From NCBI GenBank assembly GCA_964016885.1, contig OZ024742.1:164672001-164736000 (forward strand): 64,000 nucleotides of DNA, in the 5' to 3' direction. The translations under genes were made by a program, and so were the position numbers. How positions within the stretch are numbered: position 1 is the stretch's first letter; each line of letters starts with the position of its first letter. The DNA comes from Eledone cirrhosa. Lineage: Eukaryota. This document shows, one piece after another, positions 23,450 through 37,060 of the stretch. The notes under the pieces were generated by a model. It searched no databases, was not told the DNA's origin, and saw nothing but the letters and a program-made list of their open reading frames with translations.

Positions 23450-26400
23450 TTAAATATTATCTTCCCTTGGCTGGCGGGAAATTATCTCCCCTTGGACGGC
23501 TGAAAATTATCTCTCCTTGGACGGCTGGAAATTATCTCCCCTTGATTTTTTTTACAAATTATCTCCCCCTGATTATTTTTTACAAATTATCTCCCCCTGA
23601 TTTTTTTTTACAAATTATCTCCCCCTGATTTTTTTTACAAATTATCTCCCCCTGATTTTTTTACAAATTATCTCCCCTTGGCTGGCTGGAAATTATCTCC
23701 CCTTGGAGGCTGGAATTTATCTCCCCTTGGACGGTTAGAAATTACCTCTCCTTGGACGGCTGGAAAATATGTCTCCTTGGACGGCTGGAAATTATCGCCC
23801 CTTGGACGGCTGGAAATTATCTCCCCTTGGACGGCTGGAAATTATCTCTCCTCGGACGGCTAGAAATTACCTCTCCTTGGACAGCTGAAAATTATCTCCC
23901 CTTGGACGGCTGGAAATTATCTCCCCTTGATTTTTTTTACAAATTATCTCCCCCTGATTTTTTTTTACAAATTATCTCCCCCTGATTTTTTTTTACAAAT
24001 TATCTCCCCCTGATTTTTTTTTACAAATTATCTCCCCCTGATATTTTTTACAAATTATCTCCCCCTGATTTTTTTACAAATTATCTCCCCTTGGCTGGCT
24101 GGAAATTATCTCCCCTTGGAGGCTGGAATTTATCTCCCCTTAGACGGCTAGAAATTACCTCGCCTTGGACGGCTGGAAAATATGTCTCCTTGGACGGCTG
24201 GAAATTATCTCCCCTTGGACGGCTGGAAATTATCTCCCCTTGGACGGCTGGAAATTATCTCCCCTTGGACGGCTAGATATTACCTCCCCTTGGACGGCTG
24301 GAAATTATCTCCCCTTGATTTTTTTTACAAATTATCTCCCCCTGATTTTTTTTTACAAATTATCTCCCCCTGATTTTTTTTTACGAATTATCTCCCCCCG
24401 ATTTTTTTTTACAAATTATCTCCGCCTGATTTTTTTAAAAAAATTATCTCCCCTTGAACGGCTGGAAATTATCTCCCCTTGGACGGCTGGAAATTATCTC
24501 CCCTTGGACGGCTAGAAATTACCTCTCCTTGGACGGCTGAAAATTATCTCCCCTTGGACGGCTGCAAATTATCTCCCCTTGATATTTAACAAATTATCTC
24601 CCCCTGATTTTTTTTTACAAATTATCTCCCCCTGATTTTTTTTTACAAATTATCTCCCCCTGATTTTTTTTTACAAATTATCTCCCCCTGATTTTTTTAC
24701 AAATTATCTCCCCCTGATTTTTTTTACAATCTCCGCCTGATTTTTTTAAAAATTATCTTCCCTTGGCTGGCGGGCAATTATCTCCCCTTGGACGGCTGGA
24801 AATTATATCCCCTTGGAAGGATGGAAATTATCTCCCCTTGGACGGCTGGAAATTATCTCCCCTTGGACGGCTGGAAATTATCTCCCCTTGGACAGCTGGA
24901 AATTATCTGCCCTTGATTTTGTTTTTACAAATTATCTCCCCCTGATTTTTTTTACAAATTATCTCCACCTGATTTTTTAAAAAATTATCTCCCCTTGGAC
25001 GGCTGGAAATTATCTCCCCTTGATTTTTTTACAAATTATCTCCCCCTGATTTTTTTTACAAATTATCTCCCCCTGATTTTTTGTTACAAATTATCTCCCC
25101 CTGATTTTTTTAAAAATTATCTCCCCCTGATTTTTTTTACAAATTATCTCCGCCTGATTTTTTTAAATATTATCTTCCCTTGGCTGGCGGGAAATTATCT
25201 CCCCTTGGACGGCTGAAAATTATCTCCCCTTGGACGGCTGGAAATTATCTCCCCTTGATTTTTTTACAAATTATCTCCCCCTGATTTTTTTTTACAAATT
25301 ATCTCCCCCTGATTTTTTTTACAAATTATCTCCCCCTGATTTTTTTTTACAAATTATCTCCCCCTGATTTTTTTTTACAAATTATCTCCCCCTGATTTTT
25401 TTACAAATTATCTCCCCTTGGCTAGCTGGAAATTATCTCCCCTTGGAGGCTGGAATTTATCTCCCCTTGGACGGCTAGAAATTACCTCTCCTTGGACGGC
25501 TGGAAAATATGTCTCCTTGGACGGCTGGATATTATCTACCCTTGGACGGCTGGAAATTATCTCCCCTTGGACGGCTGGAAATTATCTCCCCTTGGACGGC
25601 TAGATATTACCTCCCCTTGGACGGCTGGAAATTATCTCCCCTTGATTTTTTTTACAAATTATCTCCCCCTGATTTTTTTTTACGAATTATCTCCCCCTGA
25701 TTTTTTTTTACAAATTATCTCCGCCTGATTTTTTTTTTAAATTATCTCCCCTTGAACGGCTGGAAATTATCTCCCCTTGGACGGCTGGAAATTATCTCCC
25801 CTTGGACGGCTAGAAATTACCTCTCCTTGGACGGCTGAAAATTATCTCCCCTTGGACGGCTGCAAATTATCTCCCCTTGATTTTTTTAACAAATTATCTC
25901 CCCCTGATTTTTTTTTACAAATTATCTCCCCCTGATTTTTTTTTACAAATTATCTACGCCTAATTTTTTTTACAAATTATCTCCCCCTGATTTTTTTTTA
26001 CAAATTATCTCCCCCTGATTTTTTTTACAAATTATCTCCCCCTGATTTTTTTTTACAAATTATCTCCCCCTGATTTTTTTACAAATTATCTCCCCCCTGA
26101 ATTTTTTTACAATCTCCGCCTGATTTTTTTAAAAATTATCTTCCCTTGGCTGGCAGGAAATTATCTCCCCTTGGTCGGCTGGAAATTATATCCCCTTGGA
26201 AGGATGGAAATTATCTCCCCTTGGACGGCTGGAAATTATCTCCCCTTGGACGGCTGGAAATTACCTCCCCTTGGACAGCTGGAAATTATCTGCCCTTGAT
26301 TTTGTTTTTACAAATTATCTCCCCCTGATTTTTTTTACAAATTATCTCCACCTGATTTTTTAAAAAATTATCTCCCCTTGATTTTTTTACAAATTATCTC

Positions 26401-27290
26401 CCCCTGATTTTTTTTACAAATTATCTCCCCCTGATTTTTTTTTACAAATTATCTCCCCCTGATTTTTTTACAAATTATCTCCCCCTGATTTTTTTTACAA
26501 ATTATCTCCGCCTGATTTTTTTTACAAATTATCTCCCCTTGGCTGGCTGGAAATTATCTCCCCTTGGAGGCTGGAATTTATCTCCCCTTGGACGGCTAGA
26601 AATTACCTCTCCTTGGACGGCTGGAAAATATGTCCTTGGACGGCTGGATATTATCTACCCTTGGACGGCTGGAAATTATCTCCCCTTGGACGGCTGGAAA
26701 TTATCTCCCCTTGGAGGCTGGAATTTATCTCCCCTTGGACGGCTAGAAATTACCTCTCCTTGGACGGCTGGAAAATATGTCCTTGGACGGCTGGATATTA
26801 CCTCCCCTTGGACGGCTGGAAATTATCTCCCCTTGATTTTTTTTACAAATTATCTCCCCCTGATTTTTTTTACAAATCTAATGATTTTAAAAAAAAAATT
26901 ATCTCCCCTTCGCTGGCTGGAAATTATCTCCCCTTCGCTGGCTGGAAATTATCTCCCCTTGGACGCTGGAAATTATAGCCCCTTGGAGGGCTGGAAATTA
27001 TCTTCCCTTGGACGGCTGGAAATTATCTCCCCTTGGCTCGAAATTATCTCCCCTTGGACGGCTAGAAATTATCTCTCTTTGGACGGCTGGAAATTATCTC
27101 CCTTTGATTTTTTTTACAAATTATCTCCCCCTGATTTTTTAAAAAAAATTATCTCTCCTTCGCTGGCTGGAAATTATCTCCCCTTGGACACTGGAAATTA
27201 TAGCCCCTTGGAGGGCTGGAAATTATCTTCCCTTGGACGGCTGGAAATTATCTCTGCTTGATTTTTTTTACAAATTATCTCCCCCTGATT
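23450..27290 (+). repeat. Segmental copy of ~13040-16900 (offset ~10,410)
   Basis: Matched landmarks 13268/23678, 13681/24091, 14353/24763, 15008/25418 and 15736/26146. Shared variants TTAGACGG, GCGGGCAATT, GGCTAGCTGG and GGTCGG. Confidence 0.9.
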
Positions 27291-28860
27291 TTTTTTTACG
27301 AATTATCTCCCCCTGATTTTTTTTTACAAATTATCTCCGCCTGATTTTTTTTTTAAATTATCTCCCCTTGAACGGCTGGAAATTATCTCCCCTTGGACGG
27401 CTGGAAATTATCTCCCCTTGGACGGCTAGAAATTACCTCTCCTTGGACGGCTGAAAATTATCTCCCCTTGGACGGCTGCAAATTATCTCCCCTTGATTTT
27501 TTTAACAAATTATCTCCCCCTGATTTTTTTTTACAAATTATCTCCCCCTGATTTTTTTTTACAAATTATCTACGCCTAATTTTTTTTACAAATTATCTCC
27601 CCCTGATTTTTTTTTACAAATTATCTCCCCCTGATTTTTTTTTACAAATTATCTCCCCCTGATTTTTTTACAAATTATCTCCCCCCTGAATTTTTTTACA
27701 ATCTCCGCCTGATTTTTTTAAAAATTATCTTCCCTTGGCTGGCAGGAAATTATCTCCCCTTGGTCGGCTGGAAATTATATCCCCTTGGAAGGATGGAAAT
27801 TATCTCCCCTTGGACGGCTGGAAATTATCTCCCCTTGGACGGCTGGAAATTACCTCCCCTTGGACAGCTGGAAATTATCTGCCCTTGATTTTGTTTTTAC
27901 AAATTATCTCCCCCTGATTTTTTTTACAAATTATCTCCACCTGATTTTTTAAAAAATTATCTCCCCTTGATTTTTTTACAAATTATCTCCCCCTGATTTT
28001 TTTTACAAATTATCTCCCCCTGATTTTTTTTTTACAAATTATCTCCCCCTGATTTTTTTACAAATTATCTCCCCCTGATTTTTTTTACAAATTATCTCCG
28101 CCTGATTTTTTTTACAAATTATCTCCCCTTGGCTGGCTGGAAATTATCTCCCCTTGGAGGCTGGAATTTATCTCCCCTTGGACGGCTAGAAATTACCTCT
28201 CCTTGGACGGCTGGAAAATATGTCCTTGGACGGCTGGATATTATCTACCCTTGGACGGCTGGAAATTATCTCCCCTTGGACGGCTGGAAATTATCTCCCC
28301 TTGGAGGCTGGAATTTATCTCCCCTTGGACGGCTAGAAATTACCTCTCCTTGGACGGCTGGAAAATATGTCCTTGGACGGCTGGATATTACCTCCCCTTG
28401 GACGGCTGGAAATTATCTCCCCTTGATTTTTTTTACAAATTATCTCCCCCTGATTTTTTTTACAAATCTAATGATTTAAAAAAAAAAATTATCTCCCCTT
28501 CGCTGGCTGGAAATTATCTCCCCTTCGCTGGCTGGAAATTATCTCCCCTTGGACGCTGGAAATTATAGCCCCTTGGAGGGCTGGAAATTATCTTCCCTTG
28601 GACGGCTGGAAATTATCTCCCCTTGGCTCGAAATTATCTCCCCTTGGACGGCTAGAAATTATCTCTCTTTGGACGGCTGGAAATTATCTCCCTTTGATTT
28701 TTTTTACAAATTATCTCCCCCTGATTTTTTAAAAAAAATTATCTCCCCTTCGCTGGCTGGAAATTATCTCCCCTTGGACACTGGAAATTATAGCCCCTTG
28801 GAGGGCTGGAAATTATCTTCCCTTGGACGGCTGGAAATTATCTCTGCTTGATTTTTTTTA
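25650..28860 (+). repeat. Tandem duplication, unit ~1.59-1.62 kb
   Basis: Landmarks 26146/27735 and 26539/28129. Both halves carry GGCAGGAAA, GGTCGG and the divergent cassette. Confidence 0.85.
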
Positions 28861-29649
28861 CAAATTATCTCCCCCTGATTTTTTTTTACAAATTATCCCC
28901 CCCGATTTTTTTTACAAATTATCTCCCCCTGATTTTTTTTACAAATTATCTCCCCTTGGACGGCTGGAAATTATCTCCCCTTGGACGGCTGGAAATTATC
29001 TCCCCTTGGACGGCTAGAAATTACCTCTCCTTGGACGACTGAAAATTATCTCCCCTTGGACGGCTGCAAATTATCTCCCCTTGATTTTTTTTACAAATTA
29101 TCTCCGCCTGATTTTTTTTTTAAAATTATCTCCCCTTGGACGGCTGGAAATTACCTCCCCTTGGACGGCTGGAAATTATCTCCCCTTGGACGGCTAGAAA
29201 TTACCTCTCATTGGACGGCTGAAAATTATCTCCCCTTGGACGGCTGGAAATTATCTCCGCTTGATTTTTTTTACAAATTATCTCCCCCTGATTTTTTTTT
29301 ACAAATTATCTCCCCCTGATTTTTTTTTTACAAATTATCTCCGCCTGATTTTTTTTTTAAATTATCTCTCCTTGGACGGCTGGATATTATCTCCCCTTTC
29401 ATTTTTTTTACAAATTATCTCCCCCTGATTTTTTTTTACAAATTATCTCCCCCTGATTTTTTTTTTACAAATTATCTACCCCTAATTTTTTTTTACAAAT
29501 TATCTCCCCCTGATTTTTTTTACAAATTATCTCCCCCTGATTTTTTTTTTACAAATTATCTCCCCCTGATTTTTTTACAAATTATCTCCCCCTGATTTTT
29601 TTTACAAATTATCTCCGCCTGATTTTTTTAAATATTATCTTCTCTTGGC

Positions 29650-31280
29650 TGGCGGGAAATTATCTCCCCTTGGACGGCTGAAAATTATCTCCCCTTGGAC
29701 GGCTGGAAATTATCTCCCCTTGATTTTTTTTACAAATTATCTCCCCCTGATTTTTTTTTACAAATTATCTCCCCCTGATTTTTTTTACAAATTATCTCCC
29801 CCTGATTTTTTTTTACAAATTATCTCCCCCTGATTTTTTTTACAAATTATCTCCCCCTGATTTTTTTACAAATTATCTCCCCTTGGCTGGCTGGAAATTA
29901 TCTCCCCTTGGAGGCTGGAATTTATCTCCCCTTGGACGGCTAGAAATTACCTCTCCTTGGACGGCTGGAAAATATGTCCTTGGACGGCTGGATATTATCT
30001 ACCCTTGGACGGCTGGAAATTATCTCCCCTTGGACGGCTGGAAATTATCTCCCCTTGGACGGCTAGATATTACCTCCCCTTGGACGGCTGGAAATTATCT
30101 CCCCTTGATTTTTTTTACAAATTATCCCCCCCTGATTTTTTTTTACAAATTATCTCCCCCTTATTTTTTTTTACAAATTATCTACCCCTGATTTTTTTTT
30201 ACAAATTATCTCCCCCTAATTTTTTTTACAAATTATCTCTCCCTGATTTTTTTTTACAAATTATCTCCCCCTGATTTTTTTTTACAAATTATCTACCCCT
30301 GATTTTTTTTTACAAATTATCTCCCCCTGATTTTTTTTACAAATTATCTCCCCCTGATTTTTTTTACAAATTATCTCCCCCTGATTTTTTTACAAATTAT
30401 CTCCCCCCGATTTTTTTTACAAATTATCTCCGCCTAATTTTTTTAAATATTATCTTCCCTTGGCTGGCGGGAAATTATCTCCCCTTGGACGGCTGAAAAT
30501 TATCTCCCCTTGGACGGCTGGAAATTATCTCCCCTTGATTTTTTTTACAAATTATCTCCCCCTGATTTTTTTTTACAAATTATCTCCCCCTGATTTTTTT
30601 TACAAATTATCTCCCCCTGATTTTTTTTTACAAATTATCTCCCCCTGATTTTTTTTACAAATTATCTCCCCCTGATTTTTTTACAAATTATCTCCCCTTG
30701 GCTGGCTGGAAATTATCTCCCCTTGGAGGCTGGAATTTATCTCCCCTTGGACGGCTAGAAATTACCTCTCCTTGGACGGCTGGAAAATATGTCCTTGGAC
30801 GGCTGGATATTATCTACCCTTGGACGGCTGGAAATTATCTCCCCTTGGACGGCTGGAAATTATCTCCCCTTGGACGGCTAGATATTACCTCCCCTTGGAC
30901 GGCTGGAAATTATCTCCCCTTGATTTTTTTTACAAATTATCCCCCCCTGATTTTTTTTTACAAATTATCTCCCCCTTATTTTTTTTTACAAATTATCTAC
31001 CCCTGATTTTTTTTTACAAATTATCTCCCCCTAATTTTTTTTACAAATTATCTCTCCCTGATTTTTTTTTACAAATTATCTCCCCCTGATTTTTTTTTAC
31101 AAATTATCTACCCCTGATTTTTTTTTACAAATTATCTCCCCCTGATTTTTTTTACAAATTATCTCCCCCTGATTTTTTTTACAAATTATCTCCCCCTGAT
31201 TTTTTTACAAATTATCTCCCCCCGATTTTTTTTACAAATTATCTCCGCCTAATTTTTTTAAATATTATCTTCCCTTGGCT
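29650..31280 (+). repeat. Tandem duplication, unit 815 bp
   Basis: Landmarks 29645/30460 and 29883/30698. The variant CCCCCTTATTT is at the same position in both halves (~30160 and ~30975). Confidence 0.85.
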
Positions 31281-34200
31281 GGCGGGAAATTATCTCCCCT
31301 TGGACGGCTGAAAATTATCTCCCCTTGGACGGCTGGAAATTATCTCCCCTTGATTTTTTTACAAATTATCTCCCCCTGATTATTTTTTACAAATTATCTC
31401 CCCCTGATTTTTTTTTACAAATTATCTCCCCCTGATTTTTTTACAAATTATCTCCCCTTGGCTGGCTGGAAATTATCTCCCCTTGGAGGCTGGAATTTAT
31501 CTCCACTTGGACGGTTAGAAATTACCTCTCCTTGGACTGCTGGAAAATATGTCTCCTTGGACGGCTGGAAATTATCTCCCCTTGGACGGCTGGAAATTAT
31601 CTCCCCTTGGACGGCTGGAAATTATCTCTCCTCGGACGACTAGAAATTACCTCTCCTTGGACAGCTGAAAATTATCTCCCCTTGGACGGCTGGAAATTAT
31701 CTCCCCTTGATTTTTTTTACAAATTATCTCCCCCCGATTTTTTTTTACAAATTATCTCCCCCTGATTTTTTTTTACAAATTATCTCCCCCTGATTTTTTT
31801 TACAAATTATCTCCCCCTGATATTTTTTACAAATTATCTCCCCCTGATTTTTTTACAAATTATCTCCCCTTGGCTGGCTGGAAATTATCTCCCCTTGGAG
31901 GCTGGAATTTATCTCCCCTTGGACGGCTAGAAATTACCTCGCCTTGGACGGCTGGAAAATATGTCTCCTTGGACGGCTGGAAATTATCTCCCCTTGGACG
32001 GCTGGAAATTATCTCCCCTTGGACGGCTGGAAATTATCTCCCCTTGGACGGCTAGATATTACCTCCCCTTGGACGGCTGGAAATTATCTCCCCTTGATTT
32101 TTTTTACAAATTATCTGCCCCTGATTTTTTTTTTAAATTATCTCCCCTTGAACGGCTGGAAATTATCTCCCCTTGGACGGCTGGAAATTATCTCCCCTTG
32201 GACGGCTAGAAATTACCTCTCCTTGGACGGCTGAAAATTATCTCCCCTTGGACGGCTGCAAATTATCTCCCCTTGATTTTTTAACAAATTATCTCCCCCT
32301 GATTTTTTTTTACAAATTATCTCCCCCTGATTTTTTTTTACAAATTATCTACGCCTAATTTCTTTTACAAATTATCTCCCCCTGATTTTTTTTTACAAAT
32401 TATCTCCCCCTGATTTTTTTTACAAATTATCTCCCCCTGATTTTTTTTTACAAATTATTTCCCCCTGATTTTTTTACAAATTATCTCCCCCCTGATTTTT
32501 TTTACAATCTCCGCCTGATTTTTTTAAAAATTATCTTGCCTTGGCTGGCGGGAAATTATCTCCCCTTGGACGGCTGGAAATTATATCCCCTTGGACGGCT
32601 GGAAATTACCTCCCCTTGGACAGCTGGAAATTATCTGCCCTTGATTTTGTTTTTACAAATTATCTCCCCCTGATTTTTTTTACAAATTATCTCCACCTGA
32701 TTTTTTAAAAAAATTATCTCCCCTTGGACGGCTGGAAATTATCTCCCCTTGATTTTTTTACAAATTATCTCCCCCTGATTTTTTTTACAAATTATCTCCC
32801 CCTGATTTTTTTTTACAAATTATCTCCCCCTGATTTTTTTACAAATTATCTCCCCCTGATTTTTTTTACAAATTATCTCCGCCTGATTTTTTTAAATATT
32901 ATCTTCCCTTGGCTGGCGGGAAATTATCTCCCCTTGGACGGCTGATAATTATCTCCCCTTGGACGGCTGGAAATTATCTCCCCTTGATTTTTTTTACAAA
33001 TTATCTCCCCCTGATTTTTTTTTACAAATTATCTCCCCCTGATTTTTTTTACAAATTATCTCCGCCTGATTTTTTTAAATATTATCTTCCCTTGGCTGGC
33101 TGGAAATTATCTCCCCTTGGAGGCTGGAATTTATCTCCCCTTGGACGGCTAGAAATTACCTCTCCTTGGACGGCTGGAAAATATTTCTCCTTGGACGGCT
33201 GGATATTATCTACCCTTGGACGGGTGGAAATTATCTCCCCTTGGACGGCTGGAAATTATCTCCCCTTGGACGGCTAGATATTACCTCCCCTTGGACGACT
33301 GGAAATTATCTCCCCTTGATTTTTTTTACAAATTATCTCCCCCTGATTTTTTTTTTACAAATTATCTCCCCCTGATTTTTTTACAAATTATCTCCCCCTG
33401 ATTTTTTTTACAAATTATCTCCGCCTGATTTTTTTAAATATTATCTTCTCTTGGCTGGCGGGAAATTATCTCCCCTTGGACGGCTGAAAATTATCTCCCC
33501 TTGGACGGCTGGAAATTATCTCCCCTTGATTTTTTTTACAAATTATCTCCCCCTGATTTTTTTAAAAAAATTATCTCCCCCTGATTTTTTTTTACAAATT
33601 ATCTCCCCCTGATTTTTTTTTACAAATTATCTCCCCCTGATTTTTTTTACAAATTATCTCCCCCTGATTTTTTTACAAATTATCTCCCCTTGGCTGGCTG
33701 GAAATTATCTCCCCTTGGACACTGTAAATTATAGCCCCTTGGAGGGCTGGAAATTATCTTACCTTGGACGGCTGGAAATTATCTCTGCTTGATTTTTTTT
33801 ACAAATTATCTCCCCCTGATTTTTTTTTACAAATTATCCCCCCCGATTTTTTTTACAAATTATCTCCCCCTGATTTTTTTTACAAATTATCTCCCCTTGG
33901 ACGGCTGGAAATTATCTCCCCTTGGACGGCTGGAAATTATCTCTCCTTGGACGGCTAGAAATTACCTCTCCTTGGACGACTGAAAATTATCTCCCCTTGG
34001 ACGGCTGCAAATTATCTCCCCTTGATTTCTTTTACAAATTATCTCCGCCTGATTTTTTTTTTTAAATTATCTCCCCTTGGACGGCTGGAAATTACCTCCC
34101 CTTGGACGGCTGGAAATTATCTCCCCTTGGACGGCTAGAAATTACATCTCATTGGACGGCTGAAAATTATCTCCCCTTGGACGGCTGGAAATTATCTCCC

Positions 34201-37060
34201 CTTGATTTTTTTTACAAATTATCTCCCCCTGATTTTTTTTTTACAAATTATCTCCGCCTGATTTTTTTTTAAAATTATCTCTCCTTGGACGGCTGGATAT
34301 TATCTCCCCTTTCATTTTTTTTACAAATTATCTCCCCCTGATTTTTTTTTACAAATTATCTCCCCCTGATTTTTTTTTACAAATTATCTACCCCTAATTT
34401 TTTTTTACAAATTATCTCCCCCTGATTTTTTTTACAAATTATCTCCCCCTGATTTTTTTTTTACAAATTATCTCCCCCTGATTTTTTTACAAATTATCTC
34501 CCCCTGATTTTTTTTACAAATTATCTCCGCCTGATTTTTTTAAATATTATCTTCTCTTGGCTGGCGGGAAATTATCTCCCCTTGGACGGCTGAAAATTAT
34601 CTCCCCTTGGACGGCTGGAAATTATCTCCCCTTGATTTTTTTTACAAATTATCTCCCCCTGATTTTTTTTTACAAATTATCTCCCCCTGATTTTTTTTTA
34701 CAAATTATCTCCCCCTGATTTTTTTTTACAAATTATCTCCCCCTGATTTTTTTTACAAATTATCTCCCCCTGATTTTTTTACAAATTATCTCCCCTTGGC
34801 TGGCTGGAAATTATCTCCCCTTGGAGGCTGGAATTTATCTCCCCTTGGACGGCTAGAAATTACCTCTCCTTGGACGGCTGGAAAATATGTCCTTGGACGG
34901 CTGGATATTATCTACCCTTGGACGGCTGGAAATTATCTCCCCTTGGACGGCTGGAAATTATCTCCCCTTGGACGGCTAGATATTACCTCCCCTTGGACGG
35001 CTGGAAATTATCTCCCCTTGATTTTTTTTACAAATTATCTCCCCCTGATTTTTTTTTACAAATTATCTCCCCCTGATTTTTTTTTACAAATTATCTCCGC
35101 CTGATTTTTTTTTACAAATTATCTCCCCCTAATTTTTTTTACAAATTATCTCTCCCTGATCTTTTTTTACAAATTATCTCCCCTTGATTTTTTTTTACCA
35201 ATTATCTACCCCTGATTTTTTTTTACAAATTATCTCCCCCTTATTTTTTTTACAAATTATCTCCCCCTGATTTTTTTTACAAATTATCTCCCCCTGATTT
35301 TTTTACAAATTATCTCCCCCCGATTTTTTTTACAAATTATATCCGCCTAATTTTTTAAATATTATCTATCCTTGGCTGGCGGGAAATTATCTCCCCTTGG
35401 ACGGCTGAAAATTTTCTCCCCTTGGACGGCTGGAAATTATCTCCCCTTGATTTTTTTACAAATTATCTCCCCCTGATTATTTTTTACAAATTATCTCCCC
35501 CTGATTTTTTTTTACAAATTATCTCCCTCTGATTTTTTTTACAAATTATCTCCCCTTGGCTGGCTGGAAATTATCTCCCCTTGGAGGCTGGAATTTATCT
35601 CCCCTTGGACGGTTAGAAATTACCTCTCCTTGGACTGCTGGAAAATATGTCTCCTTGGACGGCTGGAAATTATCTCCCCTTGGACGGCTGGAAATTATCT
35701 CCCCTTGGACGGCTGGAAATTATCTCTCCTCGGACGACTAGAAATTACCTCTCCTTGGACAGCTGAAAATTATCTCCCCTTGGACGGCTGGAAATTATCT
35801 CCCCTTGATTTTTTTTACAAATTATCTCCCCCTGATTTATTTTACAAATTATCTCCCCCTGATTTTTTTTTACAAATTATCTCCCCCTGATTTTTTTTAC
35901 AAATTATCTCCCCCTGATATTTTTTACAAATTATCTCCCCCTGATTTTTTTACAAATTATCTCCCCTTGGCTGGCTGGAAATTATCTACCCTTGGAGGCT
36001 GGAATTTATCTCCCCTTGGACGGCTAGAAATTACCTCGCCTTGGACGGCTGGAAAATATGTCTCCTTGGACGGCTGGAAATTATCTCCCCTTGGACGGCT
36101 GGAAATTATCTCCCCTTGGACGGCTGGAAATTATCTCCCCTTGGACGGCTAGATATTACCTCCCCTTGGACGGCTAGAAATTATCTCCCCTTGATTTTTT
36201 TTACAAATTATCTCCCCCTGATTTTTTTTTACAAATTATCTCCCCCTGATTTTTTTTTACGAAGTATCTCCCCCTGATTTTTTTTTACAAATTATCTCCG
36301 CCTGATTTTTTTTAAAAAATTATCTCCCCTTGAACGGCTGGAAATTATCTCCCCTTGGACGGCTGGAAATTATCTCCCCTTGGACGGCTAGAAATTACCT
36401 CTCCTTGGACGGCTGAAAATTATCTCCCATTGGACGGCTGCAAATTATCTCCCCTTGATTTTTTAACAAATTATCTCCCCCTGATTTTTTTTTACAAATT
36501 ATCTCCCCCTGATTTTTTTTTACAAATTATGTACGCCTAATTTTTTTTACAAATTATCTCCCCCTGATTTTTTTTTACAAATTATCTCCCCCTGATTTTT
36601 TTTACAAATTATCTCCCCCTGATTTTTTTTTACAAATTATTTCCCCCTGATTTTTTTACAAATTATCTCCCCCCTGATTTTTTTTACAATCTCCGCCTGA
36701 TTTTTTTAAAAATTATCTTCCCTTGGCTGGCGGGAAATTATCTCCCCTTGGACGGCTGGAAATTATATCCCCTTGGAAGGATGGAAATTATCTCCCCTTG
36801 GACGGCTGGAAATTATCTCCCCTTGGACGGCTGGAAATTATCTCCCCTTGGACAGCTGGAAATTATCTGTCCTTGATTTTGTTTTTACAAATTATCTCCC
36901 CCTGATTTTTTTTACAAATTATCTCCACCTGATTTTTTAAAAAATTATCTCCCCTTGGACGGCTGGAAATTATCTCCCCTTGATTTTTTTTACAAATTAT
37001 CTCCCCCTGATTTTTTTTTACAAATTATCTCCCCCTGATTTTTTTTTACAAATTATCTCC
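30465..37060 (+). repeat. Segmental copy of ~545-7140 (offset 29,920-29,921)
   Basis: Landmarks 777/30698, 1538/31458, 2803/32724, 3843/33764, 4875/34796, 5635/35556 and 6803/36723. Shared variants TACCAATT, ATTATATCCGCC and ACGAAGT. Confidence 0.9.
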